Of a stretch of 64,000 bases of DNA, positions 1 to 13,904 are shown piece by piece (position 1 is the stretch's first letter; the number at the start of each line of letters is the position of its first letter). Made by a program: the position numbers and the translations under genes. The notes below the pieces were generated by a model. The model saw only the letters and a list, made by a program, of their open reading frames with translations. It had not been told where the DNA came from and did not search any database. The stretch comes from Octopus sinensis. Taxonomy: Eukaryota. Location: the NCBI RefSeq assembly GCF_006345805.1, contig NC_042998.1:34844001-34908000 (forward strand), read 5' to 3'.

Positions 1-66
1 TTAAGTCAGACAAAATACTGCTAAGCGTTTCGCCCGACGTGCTAACGTTTCTGCCAGCTTGCCGCT
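1..66 (-). mobile_element. SINE family A, 5' head fragment
   Basis: Reverse complement of the family A head (ggcggcgagctggcagaaacgttagcacg...) seen many times in the window. Confidence 0.8.
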
Positions 67-68
67 TA

Positions 69-215
69 TATCAGTGAACACATTGACAGATGTGCAGAAC
101 AATTACAACCACAATTCCTAATCTTCCCATTATATCAATCTGCTATTTGGACCTCAACGCAAGTGCGACTAAAGAGACTTCATTTATCGAAAAATATAAA
201 CCAGAATTTAATATA
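69..215 (+). pseudogene. Penelope-like GIY-YIG endonuclease C-terminal fragment
   Basis: Translates ISEHIDRCAEQLQPQFLIFPLYQ...(frameshift)ETSFIEKYKPELN, homologous to the C-terminus of ORF 21800-22288. Confidence 0.8.
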
Positions 216-583
216 AACCCATATTGAAAAGTATTAAATATAATATTGATTTAATCCTGAATCAAATACAAAGCAATATTAAAAATTACAGATTTACTTC
301 CCCTCTACTAAAAATACCTTGGTTACCAATTATCACCCCCTAGCAAACAAAATCTCTAACTTCGAGTTCTATCCAACCCTCAAACTTTGAAAAAGCGTTA
401 AGGAAACCGGTTATTATTATGTTGGAAGAAAAAAAATCTTATTTTATATAATATTGTATCATACTTTTGCTATGATGCTGCTGATATATTTTTAGTCGTG
501 TAAAACAAATCTGTTTTTTCATCTTTTCTTATTCCCTGTATATTCAACCACGTGGAAGTACCATCAATACTTTCTATCTCATA

Positions 584-636
<53 letters not shown>

Positions 637-681
637 GAGTAAGTAAATGAGTTGAACGCAGATGGTATTCAAATTCTTTTA

Positions 682-762
682 CGTTTGACATATGTTTCGA
701 AGACAACATTGGTTTTATTCCAAAGGAATAAACGGTGTAAATGCAATCTTCTCACCAGGAAA
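682..762 (-). ncRNA. Degenerate type-I hammerhead motif
   Basis: Minus strand: CTGGTGA-GAAGAT...GTCTTC-GAAA-CATATG-TC. A6 changed. Same family and flank as 54005-54091. Confidence 0.45.
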
Positions 763-1012
763 GAAAGAGAACCTATCTCAACAACAAGACATTATAGAAA
801 CAAATGTTAAAACTAAAAGAATTTCAATAACATCTTCGTTCAACTCCATTTATTTACTTATACTACACAAATTACTGCACATTAACCCGGAGTTTCCACC
901 TTAGAATAGGTCGCTACATCCTTGTTAACTGCGTGAATTTTGTTACCCTGGTAACTGTTTATTGAATTTTCGCTGTTAGCGGTAAACAAAGGATAATTCA
1001 TTCATCCAATTA

Positions 1013-1064
<52 letters not shown>

Positions 1065-1086
1065 TGTGTGTGTGTGTGTGTATATG

Positions 1087-1118
<32 letters not shown>

Positions 1119-1142
1119 TGTATGTATGTATATGTATATATT

Positions 1143-1566
1143 TAAGGTGTTCGGGCTAAATATGAAGATTTTCATGTATCCTTATTTTCAGAACAGCTTG
1201 TAGTGGTGATCTTTCAAATGTAAATTTAATATTTGTACTTTGGAGAGCATAAAGATTGGATTTGTAGCTGAGAGAAAGTCAGCTGGCATGAAGAACTGGA
1301 AGCCCTCTGCATATTGGAAAAGTATTACGTCTATCATGGTGATTCGTGCTCGGTATCAAAAGTACCGACAGCATGAATGTTACTCAATGATTTGCCAATA
1401 CTTTATAGGCTGTAAGACGTGATGTGGACAGTCGTAATGGAGATTACGAAGCCGTGGCCCGGAGAGAGGGACACAGTAAGCGTTCTGGTTGCGTTCGCAC
1501 GCTTCAGTTTATCCAACAACTACAGGAAAAGTTGATGGAAGATCAGAGCAAGGTAATCCCGGTTTT

Positions 1567-1608
<42 letters not shown>

Positions 1609-1611
1609 TGT

Positions 1612-1659
<48 letters not shown>

Positions 1660-2563
1660 TGTAAGAAAGAGAGAGAGAGAGAGAGAGAGTGTGGTGTGTG
1701 TGTGTGTGTGAGAGAGATAGATGGGTGTTGGAGTCACCACCATGAAACTGGCTCTGAATGAGTATCATCGCCACTACTCGTGCAAGAGCAGCAAGGGACA
1801 AATTTTGGCAGTCATGGCCACGAAGAACCACTTGACTAAAATAAGGAAGTTGCTGTAGAAGTTCTGTGAAGTTCTGTTGAAGCGAGGATGATCTGGTTCT
1901 GCTTAAATGAAAAGCAATTTTTCCAGAACGAATTGCACAACATCCAGAACAAATGATGGCCTGAAACCCATACCATGTCCCAATGTCATGAAGACCAAGT
2001 TACCACGAACTATGATGCTCTGGTGTGAACAGGGCCTTAGGCTTAATTCAGACGGCTATGTGGAAGCTGCTGGGGACTGTGGTCAATCCCTGACTAGAAA
2101 AGGTTACTGCTGGAAGGTCATATGTGTGGCAGCAAGATGCTGCTCATTGTTATACCGCTGGAAAGTGCTCGAAATGGTTGTTGGAGAACTTCAACGACTT
2201 CCCCAGCCCTAGTTTTCGGTTTCCTAATCCCACAACCCCCCCCCCCCCGCCCGATTGTAGTCCCATGGATTACTATGTGTTGGGGTGCGGTGAAGTAAGA
2301 CATCAATCGCTCTGCTTGAAATACCAAGGCCGAGATGAAGGAGGTGTTCGAACTTCTTCCCGACGTCACAGTAAGGAACGCATGCGCTAGGTTTCGGACC
2401 CAACTTGAGGCCATGGTGGAAGCTGAAAGTGGCTAGACGGAGTAAAACGCTATCTCTCAGCCACAAAGCTGAGAGCTTTTGATATTTATAAATACTTTTA
2501 CTTTCGGATGAAATATTGTGTTTTCTTTATGTAAAACTGTTAAATTTAGCGCGAACATTCTGT
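1143..2563 (+). mobile_element. Decayed Tc1/mariner element, DD37D/maT-like
   Basis: TIR pair aggtgttcgggctaaat / atttagcgcgaacattctg. Remnants WQQDAAHCYTA and PDCSPMDYYV match FQQDxAPxH...SPDLNPLDY. Interrupted by GT/GA repeats. Confidence 0.75.
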
Positions 2564-2772
2564 ATGTATGTATGTTTGGATAGATGGTTGGATGGATGGA
2601 TAGATATATAAATCTATGCATACATGTATGGATATACATTTATATATGTGTATATGCATGTATGTACACACATATAATTTATATATATGGAGAGATTTTT
2701 TTTTCAATGAGTTAAGAGTGAGAAAAGGACCTTTTCAGAAAGTCGAAAGACACTAAACTTTGGGATATATGT

Positions 2773-2934
2773 GATTACATCGACCCCAGTGCGTAACTGG
2801 TACTTAATTTATCGACCCCGAAAGGATGAAAGGCAATGTAGACCTCGGCGGAATTTGAACTCAGAACGTAACGGCAGACGAAATACCGCAAAGCATTTCG
2901 CCCGGCATGCTAACGTTTCTGCCAACTCGCCGCC
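2773..2934 (-). mobile_element. SINE family A (tRNA-derived head)
   Basis: A-box-like TGGCAGAAACG, B-box-like GAGTTCAAATTCC, and conserved gcctttcatcctttcggggtcgataaa core. Confidence 0.85.
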
Positions 2935-3679
2935 TTATACACGTCTCTATATAATGAAAGATAAACATAAGGCAAACTCAAGTGAGTGTGAGATAGGAAG
3001 AGAGATGAGAAATGTGAGAGAGAAACAGAAATTTATGTTGATTGACGTTTCATTAACTGTTTCTCAATAAGGCTCACTCGCTCTTGATTTATTTTTTTAC
3101 GTGTAAGTGTTGCTGTTGTATCGTAAAATGTGTTATACGTTTTTGAAGTTGGGTTGGGTCGGTGTTTTCTTTTATTATTCTTGGTTCCTATTGATACATA
3201 TTCGAAGAACGATGTCCTCTCTCCTTTTAAGCAATCTATAAGTAAACTGATGTTTTGATATAATTAGCTCGGGGAAATGCTTTCTATAACGCTGTAGGTT
3301 TTTCACGTTTTTTTTTCTTTGCTGGATTTTGTTGCTCAATATATCAAATGTTTACTCGATATACATTCAGCAGAGACAAGATACTTTCGAAACTGCTTGG
3401 TTTAATTACAGTCACTGCTGATATTTTCTTGAGTATGATATTACAAATGGGATCATAAGGAGTTGTAACTCAATTTGTTATCGTCATTGTTTAATATCTT
3501 ATACGTTCTTTCTATGGCAATCTAAACCAACGTACAACCTATTCTGGTTTTTACTAAATGATTGAATGATTCGTTGTTTGTTGGTATTTTTCTTGTGCTT
3601 ATGTTCTGCATTTGCAATATAATAGTACTTAAATTTCATATCCCCACGAATGTTAAGTTGATAAATATACTCCCTAACG

Positions 3680-4078
3680 CGACTAGCTGGCAGAATCATT
3701 AGCACGCCGGGTGAAATGCTTAGCGGTATTTCGTCTGCCGCTACGTTCTGAGTTCAAATTCCGCCGAGGTCGACTTTACCTTTCATCCTTTCAGGGTCGA
3801 TTAGATAAGCACCAGTTACGCACTGGGGTCGATGTAATCGACTTAATACCTATGTCTGTCCTTGTTTGTCCCTTCTATGTTTAGCCCCTTGTGGGAAATA
3901 AAGAAATGGGTATTTCGTCTGCCGCTACGTTCTGAGTTCAAAATTTCTCCGAAGTCGACTTTGCCTTTCATCCTTTCAGGAACGATGAATTAAGTATCAG
4001 TTGCGTACTGGGGTCGATCTAATCGACTGGCTTCTCCCCCAGAATGTTGGGCCTTGTGCATAGAGTAGAAAAGAATAA
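3680..4078 (+). mobile_element. SINE family A dimer (young unit followed by older-tail unit)
   Basis: Head, then unit, then a restart at ggtatttcgtctgcc (~3909). The second unit ends with a different tail. Confidence 0.85.
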
Positions 4079-4214
4079 GTATATTCCCTTACTTATAGTT
4101 ATCTTGTAACGAATGATGTTCCAGATAGAAGTTAAGATTAACCTACACAAAATTATAGCATTTTTGGCAACAGTATGAGTTATTGATTTCGAGAAAATAT
4201 ATTAACTAATTGTT

Positions 4215-4400
4215 TCCTGGGAGAGTCAGCGCCCTAATAATAATAACACACGCACTGATTCAATATCACTTCTTTATTGTTAGTCTGTTGGTTATATATT
4301 TAATCAACTAAGTAATCGATCTTTTGTTTCATTGATCTCAACGATCAACCAATACCTCTTCCAAGAGATATTGGTCTCGATTGGTATTCATTCATGGATA
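4215..4400. repeat. Unclassified dispersed repeat, also at ~60795-61020
   Basis: Shared aataataa..cacac..cactgattcaatat..tttatt.ttag...tatata..taa.caactaa. Confidence 0.5.
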
Positions 4401-4635
4401 TGTGTGTACATAGACAAGTTTGTGCTATGTACCTGTGGATTTATACGTACACACTCAATTCACACACGCACACATACACACACACATATTTATTTATACA
4501 TAGCATGGAAAACTTTTTGCAAGACATTTATATCAGATACTCTTAGGTTCACGTAATTTTTCAGTGATCTTCTTATAAATATTTACTCACACATATTCTC
4601 ATACACCTACATACCCTTGCGTCTGTGTCTGTGTG

Positions 4636-4672
<37 letters not shown>

Positions 4673-4681
4673 AAGAGAGAA

Positions 4682-4716
<35 letters not shown>

Positions 4717-5502
4717 AAGAAAGTATGTGTTAATTCCATGTATATATAAATACATAAATATACGTGTATATTCTCTCTTCTGTTCGCTTGATTTTGAATA
4801 CCTTCAGGTGTGCTGTTTTAGTTCTCGTAACAACTCACCTGCATATAAATTTTATCTGACATGCTTCATGAAACTGCATTATCAGTAACGAGATTTAGAA
4901 CGAACCTATCGGCCATCAATTTCATTCGATATGAATGCGGAAGAGTTATGGCTTCTAATCTTCGAGTCGGCACCCCTGCCGCTTTCTTTACCGCTGCCGT
5001 CGAGAAAGTTGATTACAAGGAGATAGTGTTACGATAAATGTACTTGTGTATCCATCGGGTATATTGTTCTCCGCCTATGCCATTGAAATGTATTGCATGC
5101 TTCTAATGATTTCCTGGCCGAGACGGACAACTCTTTCTCTGGCAATGCACAGCCGAGTTTTACATGTTCTTTTGTTTCATTAAACAATGGTAGCTTCTCT
5201 ATCTCTGCTTGTTTGCTTTATTTTGTGAGTTTCAATCCCAAGATCAACAAAATAAAACATCTAATGTGATACTCGTTGATAGTACATGAACTTCGGTTCA
5301 CCTCTTGGGACTAAATACGATCTTGACTCACAAGAGAAAATGACATTTAAAATGAAGCATAAAGAACGGTTTCAGATTGAAGTATAAAACACAGTCTTGA
5401 CATTTCGATACTAACTTTTCTACAACACATATATATACACATACGCACACACGACATATTTTTCTTCAGTTGCTATCTGCCAAATTCCTCTCATGAAGCA
5501 TA

Positions 5503-6654
5503 TATTTCTTTATTGCCCACGGGGGCGGGGACAGACACAGAGGGGACAAACAAGGACAGACAAACGGATTAAGTCGATTATATCGATCCCAGTGCGTAAC
5601 TGGTACTTATTTAATCGACCCCGAAAGGATGAAAGGCAAAGTCGACCTCGGCGGCATTTGAAATTAGAACGTAGCGGCAGACGAAATACCCATTTCTTTA
5701 CTACCCACAGAGGTTTAAACTCAGAGAGGACAAACAAGGATAGACAAACGGATTAGTCGATTATATCGACCCCAGTGCATAACTGGTACTTATTTAATCG
5801 ACCCCGAAAGGATGAAAGGCAAAGTCGACCTTGGCGGAATTTGAAATCAGAACGTAGCGGCAGACGAAATACCCATTTCTTTACTACCCACAAGAGGCTA
5901 AACTCAGAGAGGACAAACAAGGATAGACAAACGGATTAAGTCGATTATATCGAACCCAGTGCGTAACTGGTACTTATTTAATCGACCCTGAAAGGATGAA
6001 AGGCAAAGTCGACCTCGGCGGAATTTGAATTCAGAACGTAGCGGCAGACGAAATACCCATTTCTTTACTACCCACAAGGGGCTAAACCCAGAGAGGACAA
6101 ACAAGGATAGACAAACGGATTAAGTCGATTATATCGACCCCAGTGCGTAACTGGTACTTATTTAATCGACCCTGAAAGGATGAAAGGCAAAGTCGACCTC
6201 GGCGGAATTTGAATTCAGAACGTAGCGGCAGACGAAATACCCATTTCTTTACTACCCACAAGGGGCTAAACCCAGAGAGGACAAACAAGGATAGCCAAAC
6301 GATTAAGTCGATTATATCGACCCCAGTGCGTAATGGTACTTATTTAATCGACCCTGATATGATGGAAGGCAAAGTCGACCTCGGCGGAATTTGAATTCAG
6401 AACGTAGCGGCAGACGAAATACCCATTTCTTTACTACCCACAAGGGGCTAAACTCAGAGAGGACAAACAAGGATAGACAAACGGATTAAGTCGATTATAT
6501 CGACCCCAGTGCATAACTGGTACTTATTTAATCGACCCTGAAAGGATGAAAGGCAAAGTCGACCTTGGTGGAATTTGAACTCAGAACGTAGCGGCAGACG
6601 AAATACCACTAAAAATTTCACCCGGCGTGCTAACGATTCTGCAAGCTCGCCGCC
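5503..6654 (-). repeat. Tandem array of six ~184-bp SINE A units with a single head
   Basis: gaaatacc junction ends at 5690, 5873, 6057, 6241, 6423 and 6607. Head present only at 6608-6654. Confidence 0.92.
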
Positions 6655-7369
6655 TTGCTCTCATTAAATATTGGTAACCCAAGATAAAGATTTTCTGAGA
6701 TGGAACCCAGAACCAAGTGGCTTCAAGATGAACGTTGTTTACTACACTGTGAGTGCGTGCTCGCGCCTATTTGTGTATGTGTGTGTGTGTACATGTGTTT
6801 GTGTGTTTTGTGTGTGTATGTGTGTGTGTGTGTGTGTATGTGTGTGTGTGTGTGTGTGTGTTGTGTGTGTGTGTGTGCGTCTGTGTAAATATGAGTTTGA
6901 TATTTACGTTGTTACTAGGAAACGAACAGACATTTTCTAATGTACAAGGAACGGATATTTATTTAGGGATTTCCATGGCACGAAAATTTGAAGACGTTAA
7001 ATAACATGGCGGCATTTGTTAGAATTTAGTCATAAACAAACATTTATATTCTTTATATTCCTGCATAAATTAACATACATGCATTCGTCAGTTTCCATTC
7101 GTTGTAACAGTTTGATAAAAATAGCTTTGTATGTTATACAAAAAAATAACTGTTTCACTCACTGGAATCTACATAACTGTTATGTAATCAATATTAATGG
7201 TAGCTTCCGCTACGTCATCCTTATATCTTGTGAAGTTGAGGTAGTGAGTAAAACAGGATGCGTTTTAAATAGCAACATAACCAGCTGGTATACTCAATAT
7301 TCTAAAAATTATCGTAGTGCAGCGAATTAAGGAGTGAGATTTATTTCAAGCAGTATATAAGTTAAATTT

Positions 7370-7665
7370 TATTTTCTGCTCTAGGCACAAGGCCTGAAAT
7401 TAAGTACGCAACTGGTACTTAATTTATCGACCCCGAAAGGATGAAAGGCAAAGCCGACCTCGGCTAAGGCTTCTTATTTCTTTATTGCCCATAAGAGGCT
7501 AAACATGGAGGGGACAAACAAGGACAGATAAACGGATTAAGTCGATTACATTCGTCCACAGTGCGCAGCTGGTACTTGATTTATCGACCCCGAAAGGATG
7601 AAAAGCAAAGCCGGCCTCGGCTAAAGTTTCTTTTTTTCTTTATTGCCCATAAGAGGTTAAACATG
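7370..7665 (-). mobile_element. SINE family A truncated fragments
   Basis: Partial body and tail copies. Confidence 0.7.
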
Positions 7666-7667
7666 GG

Positions 7668-7945
7668 TTTACAAGTTCAGGTTTATACGTGTAATTACTT
7701 GAGTCCTGGGATATGTAACAAACTGCCTAAATACCAATCTTGAGAAATTAGGCTTCTCAAAACCAGAAAGGAGAAAGTTGATTCGAAGACCACAGATCCA
7801 ATCCATCACTGGAAGTGTAAAAATCTTCAAAACTTTGCAGAAATTTATCATTTAAATATATATGAGCATGTCTAGATTTGCAACTATATGCGTGGGAATA
7901 TATACATAAAGCAAAACATACAAATCTGTACTTAAACATTAATAC
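7668..7945 (+). mobile_element. R4/Dong-clade LINE 3' fragment
   Basis: Closely similar to 39598-39870 (YKFRFI...LGFSKPERRKLIRRPQIQSITGSVKIFKTLQKFII*), followed by a TACA repeat. Confidence 0.7.
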
Positions 7946-7995
7946 ATACATACATACATATAGGTACACATGCGTGTGTGTGTGTGTGTGTGTGT

Positions 7996-8031
<36 letters not shown>

Positions 8032-8337
8032 TATGTGCGTGCGTGTTTGTGTGTAGATGCAGGCAAAGCATTATCAAAGTATTTAACTTATTTTCAAATA
8101 CTGACTGCTTTTTCATTTGTGTTATAACACCCATTCAGCAATTTCATTTTCTTCCAGTTTTTCTCTCTTTTCTCCCTCTCTCTCTCTCTCTGTCTGTTGC
8201 TCGCTCTGTATCTCCTTTGGATATATAAGTCTTAAACCACTCTAATACTTCATGTGGTTCTGTTTATAAACATCTGAGTATAAATAAGGTGCAAATATAG
8301 GAATAAATATTAAATATTAATACGCAATATATAATCC

Positions 8338-9294
8338 TTTCTACTGGAGGCATAAAGCCTCAAATCTGTGGGAAGGCAATAGTCGATTACATCGACCCCA
8401 GTGTTTCACTGGTACTTAATTTATCGACTCCAAAAGGATGAAAAGCCAAGTCGACCCCAGCGGCATTTGAACTTAGAATATGAAGACAGACGAAATGCCT
8501 ATTTCTTTACTACCCACAAGGGGCTAAACACAGAGAGGACAAACAAGGACAGACAAACGAATTAAGTCGATTATATCGACTCCAGTGCGTAACTGGTACT
8601 TAATTTATCGACCCCGAAAGGATGAAAGGCAAAGTCGACCTCCGCGGAATTTGAACTCAGAACGTAGCGGCAGACGAAATACCTATTTCTTTATTACCCG
8701 CAAGGGGCTAAACATAGAGGGGACAAACAAGGACAGACATAGGTATTAATTCGATTACATCGACCCCAGTGCGTAACTGGTACTTAATTAATCGACCCCG
8801 AAAGGATGAAAGGAAAAGTCGACCTCGGCGGAATTTGAACTCAGAACGTAACGCAGACGAAATACCGCTAAGCATTTCTATTTCTTTGCTACCCACAAGG
8901 GGCTAAACACAGAGAGGACAAGCAAGGACAGACAAACGGATTAAGTCGATTACATCGACATCAGTGCGTAACTGGTACTTTATTTATCGACCCCGAAAGG
9001 ATGAAAGGAAAAGTCGACCTCGGCGGAATTTGAACTCAGAACGTAGCGGCAGACGAAATACCTATTTCTTTACTACCCACAAGGGGCTAAACACAGAGAG
9101 GACAAACAAGGACAGACAAACGGATTAAGTCGATTACATCGACCCCAGTGCGTAACAGGTACTTAATTTATCGACCCCGAAAGGATGAAAGACAAAGTCG
9201 ACCTCGGCGGAATTTGAACTCAGAACGTAGCGGCAGACGAAATACGGCTACGCATTTCGCCCGGCGTGCTAACGGTTCTGCCAGCTCGCCGCCT
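8338..9294 (-). repeat. Tandem array of five SINE A units
   Basis: ~184-bp units. The leftmost has the older tail type, and there is one head at the right end. Confidence 0.9.
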
Positions 9295-9892
9295 TAATGT
9301 ACAATATATAATAATGGCAAAATCTTTTCCGCGCCGGATAAAATTCTCAGCGCTGTTTCTTCCGACTTTACGCTTTGAGTTTCAAATTCCACCGGAACCG
9401 ATTTTCCCTTGCATCCTTTCGAGATCGATAGAATATGTCTCTGTTGAGCAGCGGGGTTGATGTAAGCGACGTCCCGCTTCTCTGCAATTATTGTCCTTCT
9501 ATCAAAACTTGTAACCAGTATGCAATACACAAAAGAAATGCTCGCACGCACACACAAACACAGACACGTACGCACATAACTTCGATGTACAGTTTTCCGT
9601 TATAAATAACATCACATTTTAGCGAAACAGAATAGGTTTAAAATGATTTGACTTCAGCAAAAAATGCTGAGATGAGTAGAGAAGCAAGAAAAATATGAAA
9701 ACAGTTTCTAAAAACAGATTTCCCGGAAAAGGTTTAGAGATTTAAATTATTAATTTTTTTTTTCGAAGAAATTTTATTATTTTCACAAAAAAATCCAGTC
9801 AAAAAAACTATGCATTCTTTTCTTACTATTCTGATATTTTTATGTTCAACTTAAATTTATTTGTGTCTCTCTCTCTTTCTCTCTCTCTCTCT

Positions 9893-9926
<34 letters not shown>

Positions 9927-10274
9927 TTGGCAAATGAAAGACGGAAGGAAGAATATATGCATATTTATGTATCTTGGTATCCATATATATTTTTATATAT
10001 ATCTATGTGTATCTATATATGTCTATGTAGGAATATACGCATGTATATACGTATATTTATATATATCAAATTTAATCCATATCGGGTCACCTGGATTCCT
10101 CTTATAGCGACACTTCATCCCATTATAAAGGTTACGTAAACTAAGCTGAAATCATTTGAGTGCTATTAAGTGCTTTCTATATTGAGGATATCTAGCTCTT
10201 ACATTTTGACGGTATATATATATATATATATATACCGTCAAAATGTGAGAGCTATATATATATATATATACGTA

Positions 10275-10927
10275 AAGACAGGCGAAATATCTATTTCTTT
10301 ACTACCCACAAGGGGCTTAACACAGAGAGAACAAACAAGTAGTGGCAAACGGATTAAGTCGATTATATCGACCCTAGTGCGTAACTGGTACTTATTTAAT
10401 CGATCCCGAAAGGATGAAAGGCAAAGTCGACCTCGGCGGAATTTGAACTCAGAACGTAACGGCAGACGAAATACCGCTAAGCATTTCGCCCGGCGTGCAA
10501 ACTTCTCTTACTTCTTTATTGCCCATAAGGGGCTAAACATAGAGGGGACAAGCAAGGACAGACAATCGGATTAAGTCGATTACATCGACTCCAATGCGTA
10601 ACTGGAACTAAATTTATCGATCCCGAAAGGATGAAAGGCAAAGTCGAGATCGGCGGAATTTGAACTCAGAACGTAACGGCAGACGAAATACCTATTTCTA
10701 TTTCTTTATTACCCACAAGGGGCTAAACACAGAGCGGACAAACAAGGACAGACATAGGTATTAAGACGATTACATCGACCCAGTGCGTAACTGGTACTTA
10801 TTTAATCGACCCCGAAAGGATGAAAGGCAAAGTCGACCTCGGCGGAATTTGAACTCAGAACGTAACGGCAGACGAAATACCGCTAAGCATTTCGCCCGGG
10901 GTGCTGACGTTTCTGCCAGCTCACCGT
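10275..10927 (-). repeat. SINE A cluster (three units)
   Basis: Same unit sequence, heads at ~10480-10500 and ~10880-10927. Confidence 0.85.
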
Positions 10928-11454
10928 CTTACTTGGACTTTAATAGTGAATGGCTTCTTGACCAATATGTTGCTTATGCATATTATAATCAAATCATATC
11001 TTAATTACATATTATTTTCTAATTCTTACTTTCTAAAATCTAATTTGGCATCATTCCACCATAAAATTCCTCCTTCTTATTTTTATCACCATCCTTCGCC
11101 TTCTCTTGTCTTAGTCTACATTATTCTATTTCATTATATTAGATTGAGTCAATCTTATTGTCTTTCTTATCTGTTTTATTTTAAACTATTTATCATTATC
11201 TTTCCACTCGTTTTGTTGTTCTCATCTTGATATTTTTAATGTAATGCGTTCGTCAAATCCGTTTGGATTTATTCCATTCTCTTCTCCATCTCCCCTCCGG
11301 CTTTTATATAGGTAGCTTTGAACAGTGTTATGATAGGAATATGTGTGAGGAGGCAAATTTGTTTTTTAGGAGTGTATATATTATATGCATATGTATGAGT
11401 TTGTTGGCGTTGTGTGCGTGGGCGTGTACTAATACATACATATATATATTATAT

Positions 11455-11499
<45 letters not shown>

Positions 11500-11600
11500 T
11501 ATATTATATATAACATACATATATACATACATATATACATACACACCCACGTATGCATTTGGGAAAAATCACAAAGCCAAGAGTTAGTATTTTGAATGCA

Positions 11601-11665
11601 TTTAATACGTACGTTTCCAGTATTACGTAAATTAATAGGAACATAACAAACCCTCGTCAGTCGAC
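11601..11665 (-). ncRNA. Type-I hammerhead motif (core intact, stems weak)
   Basis: Minus strand: CTGACGA...CTG-GAAA-CGTACG-TA with palindromic stem III. Confidence 0.5.
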
Positions 11666-12026
11666 AACTCTAAAAGATACACAGGCGCGCGCGCATATAT
11701 ATATATTTATATATATATATATATATATATATACGTCAGCTTAATTTAAATCGTCCATAGTCGAAAGACACTTGTTGTTATGTCCTCTTATTTGTATTTG
11801 TGTAACATTCTCTGTTTTTTTCCGTCCTTGTTTTTGTATACATTCGCTGCTTTCTTTCAAGATTGGAGCAATCTCGAGTATAACAAACCGAAATTGCAAA
11901 GATAATCTGGAACTCGACCGAGGAGAGAAAACTCCGAATGACCCGTCCTTGTTTTCTTTGCATCGTCCATCTGGATGTTTTGTTGTCCCCCACCCAAATT
12001 TCAGGCCTTGAGCATGCAGCAGAAGG

Positions 12027-12057
<31 letters not shown>

Positions 12058-12079
12058 TATTATTATTATTATCATTATT

Positions 12080-12260
12080 GGTGGCGAGCTGGCAGAATCG
12101 TGAGCCCGCTAGACGAAATGCCTAGCGGCATTACGTCTCTCTGCGTTCTGAGTTCAAATTTCGGGTCGATAAAATAAGTACCAGATGAAGGCTGGGTCGA
12201 TTTAATCAACTTACCTGCCTTTTCCGAAAATGCTGGCCCTGTGCCAAAAGTTAAAAACAA
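12080..12260 (+). mobile_element. SINE family A, diverged
   Basis: ggtggcgagctggcagaatcg head with internally deleted body. Confidence 0.75.
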
Positions 12261-12283
12261 TTGGTACCGTTATTAATATAATT

Positions 12284-12686
12284 CTCTTTACTCTTTCTCT
12301 TTTACTTGTTTCAGTCATTTGACTGCGGCCATGCTGGAGCACCGCCTTTTGTCGAGCAAATCGACCCCGGGACTTATTCTTTGTAAGCCCAGTACTTATT
12401 CTACCGGTCTCTTTTTGCCGAATTGCTAAGTTACGGGGACGTAAACACACCAGCATCGGTGTCAAGCAATGCTAGGAGGACAAACACAGACACACAAACA
12501 CACACACGCATATATATATACATATATACGACGGGCTTCTTTCAGTTTCCGTCTACCAAATCCACTCACAAGGTTTTGGTCGGCCCGAGGCTATAGTAGA
12601 AGACACTTGCCCAAGGTGCCACGCAGTGGGACTGAACCCGGAACCATGTGGTTGGTAAACAAGCTACTTACCACACAGCCACTCCT
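12284..12686 (-). mobile_element. SINE family B, full length
   Basis: tRNA-like head aggagtggctgtgtggtaag...gggttcagtccc, ccttgggcaagtgtctt core, internal CA/TA repeat, and gaaacaagtaaaagag tail. Confidence 0.85.
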
Positions 12687-13274
12687 TACAAATTTATAAT
12701 GAATGGTTTGCCAAATCATTATAGTGTCCGATCGACCACTAAATAATATTTTCTACTCGCTTTTATTTCACAAATTTTTCGTTTATTTCGCGCAGAGGTT
12801 TGCTATAGCCACAATACATTAACTGTAAATATCTTTCAGTGAAATAAAGGTCTCAAGATGAAGCCTTGTGAAGTACAGGCTTGCCTAGTTACGAAATATG
12901 CCACTCCCAGTTATTTTCAGCTTTCTAACTTAATAGCTCTTGTTATAGAGTAATTAAGAAGTATGCTTACTATCATCGTAAAACAGAATTGCTTAGGTTA
13001 TATGTAAGCGCTCTGGTTTCAATCCGTTATGATCCGATCGCCTTATTGTCATGCTATCAAAATATCTCTTTCCACAGTGGATGCAGTTGGAATTAGTTAC
13101 AGTAATATCTAGGTGTCCCGTAAGGTGATTTTTAACATAAATATGCTCTTATTTTCTATTTATGTGCTTCTTCGAGATTCATTTTATTATACATTCATCC
13201 CATCTACATTGGTTACACACTCAACTAATTTCACGTTCATTATGGATCAAACGAATTATATAAATGTGTGAGAA

Positions 13275-13472
13275 GGCGGCGAGGTGGCAGAAACGTTAGC
13301 ACGCCGGGCGAAATGCTTTGCGGTATTTCGTCTGTCTTTTCGTTCTGAGTTCAAATTCCGCCGAGGTCGACTTTGCCTTTCATCCTTTCGGGGTCGATAA
13401 ATAATGTACCAGTTTCGACTTATCCCTTGTTTGTCCCCTCTATGTTTAGCCCCTTGTGGGTAGTAAAGAAAT
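13275..13472 (+). mobile_element. SINE family A
   Basis: Head ggcggcgaggtggcagaaacg through tail gtgggtagtaaagaaata. Confidence 0.85.
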
Positions 13473-13529
13473 ATATATAAATGTGTGTGTGTGTTGGTAT
13501 ATGTGTGTATATGTCACACATATATGTGT

Positions 13530-13870
13530 GGAGGCGCAATGGCCCCAGTGGTTAGGGCAGCGGACTCGCAGTCGTAGGATCGCGGTTTCGATTCCCAGAC
13601 CGGGCGAAAACACAAAAATTTCACGAGGTTCCGGTAGGGGCTGGTGGCGAACCCTGCTGTATTCTTTCACCACAACTTTCTCTGTTTCTCCCTGTTTCTG
13701 TCGTTCCTGCATTTCAAAGGGCCAGCCTTGTCACACTCTGTGTCACGCTGAGTCTCTCCCGAGAACTACATTAAGGGTACACGTGTCTGTGGATTGCTCA
13801 GCCACTTGCACGTTAATTTCACGAGCCAGCTGTTCGGTTGGTCGGATCAACTGGAATCCTCGACGGAATG
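13530..13870 (+). mobile_element. SINE family C (tRNA-derived head)
   Basis: A box tggccccagtgg, B box ggtttcgattccc. Body shared with 50958-51272. Confidence 0.75.
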
Positions 13871-13904
13871 CCACGATTATATATGTAATATTTTATGTAT
13901 AAAT

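Noticed and set aside
4890-5160. Locally GC-richer unique-looking segment
   Set aside because: No ORF with a recognisable motif or splice-site pair could be supported.
5503-6654. Regular array resembling CRISPR or a retrozyme tandem
   Set aside because: No unique spacers, eukaryotic SINE sequence, and no CTGANGA/GAAA hammerhead core found in the unit on either strand.
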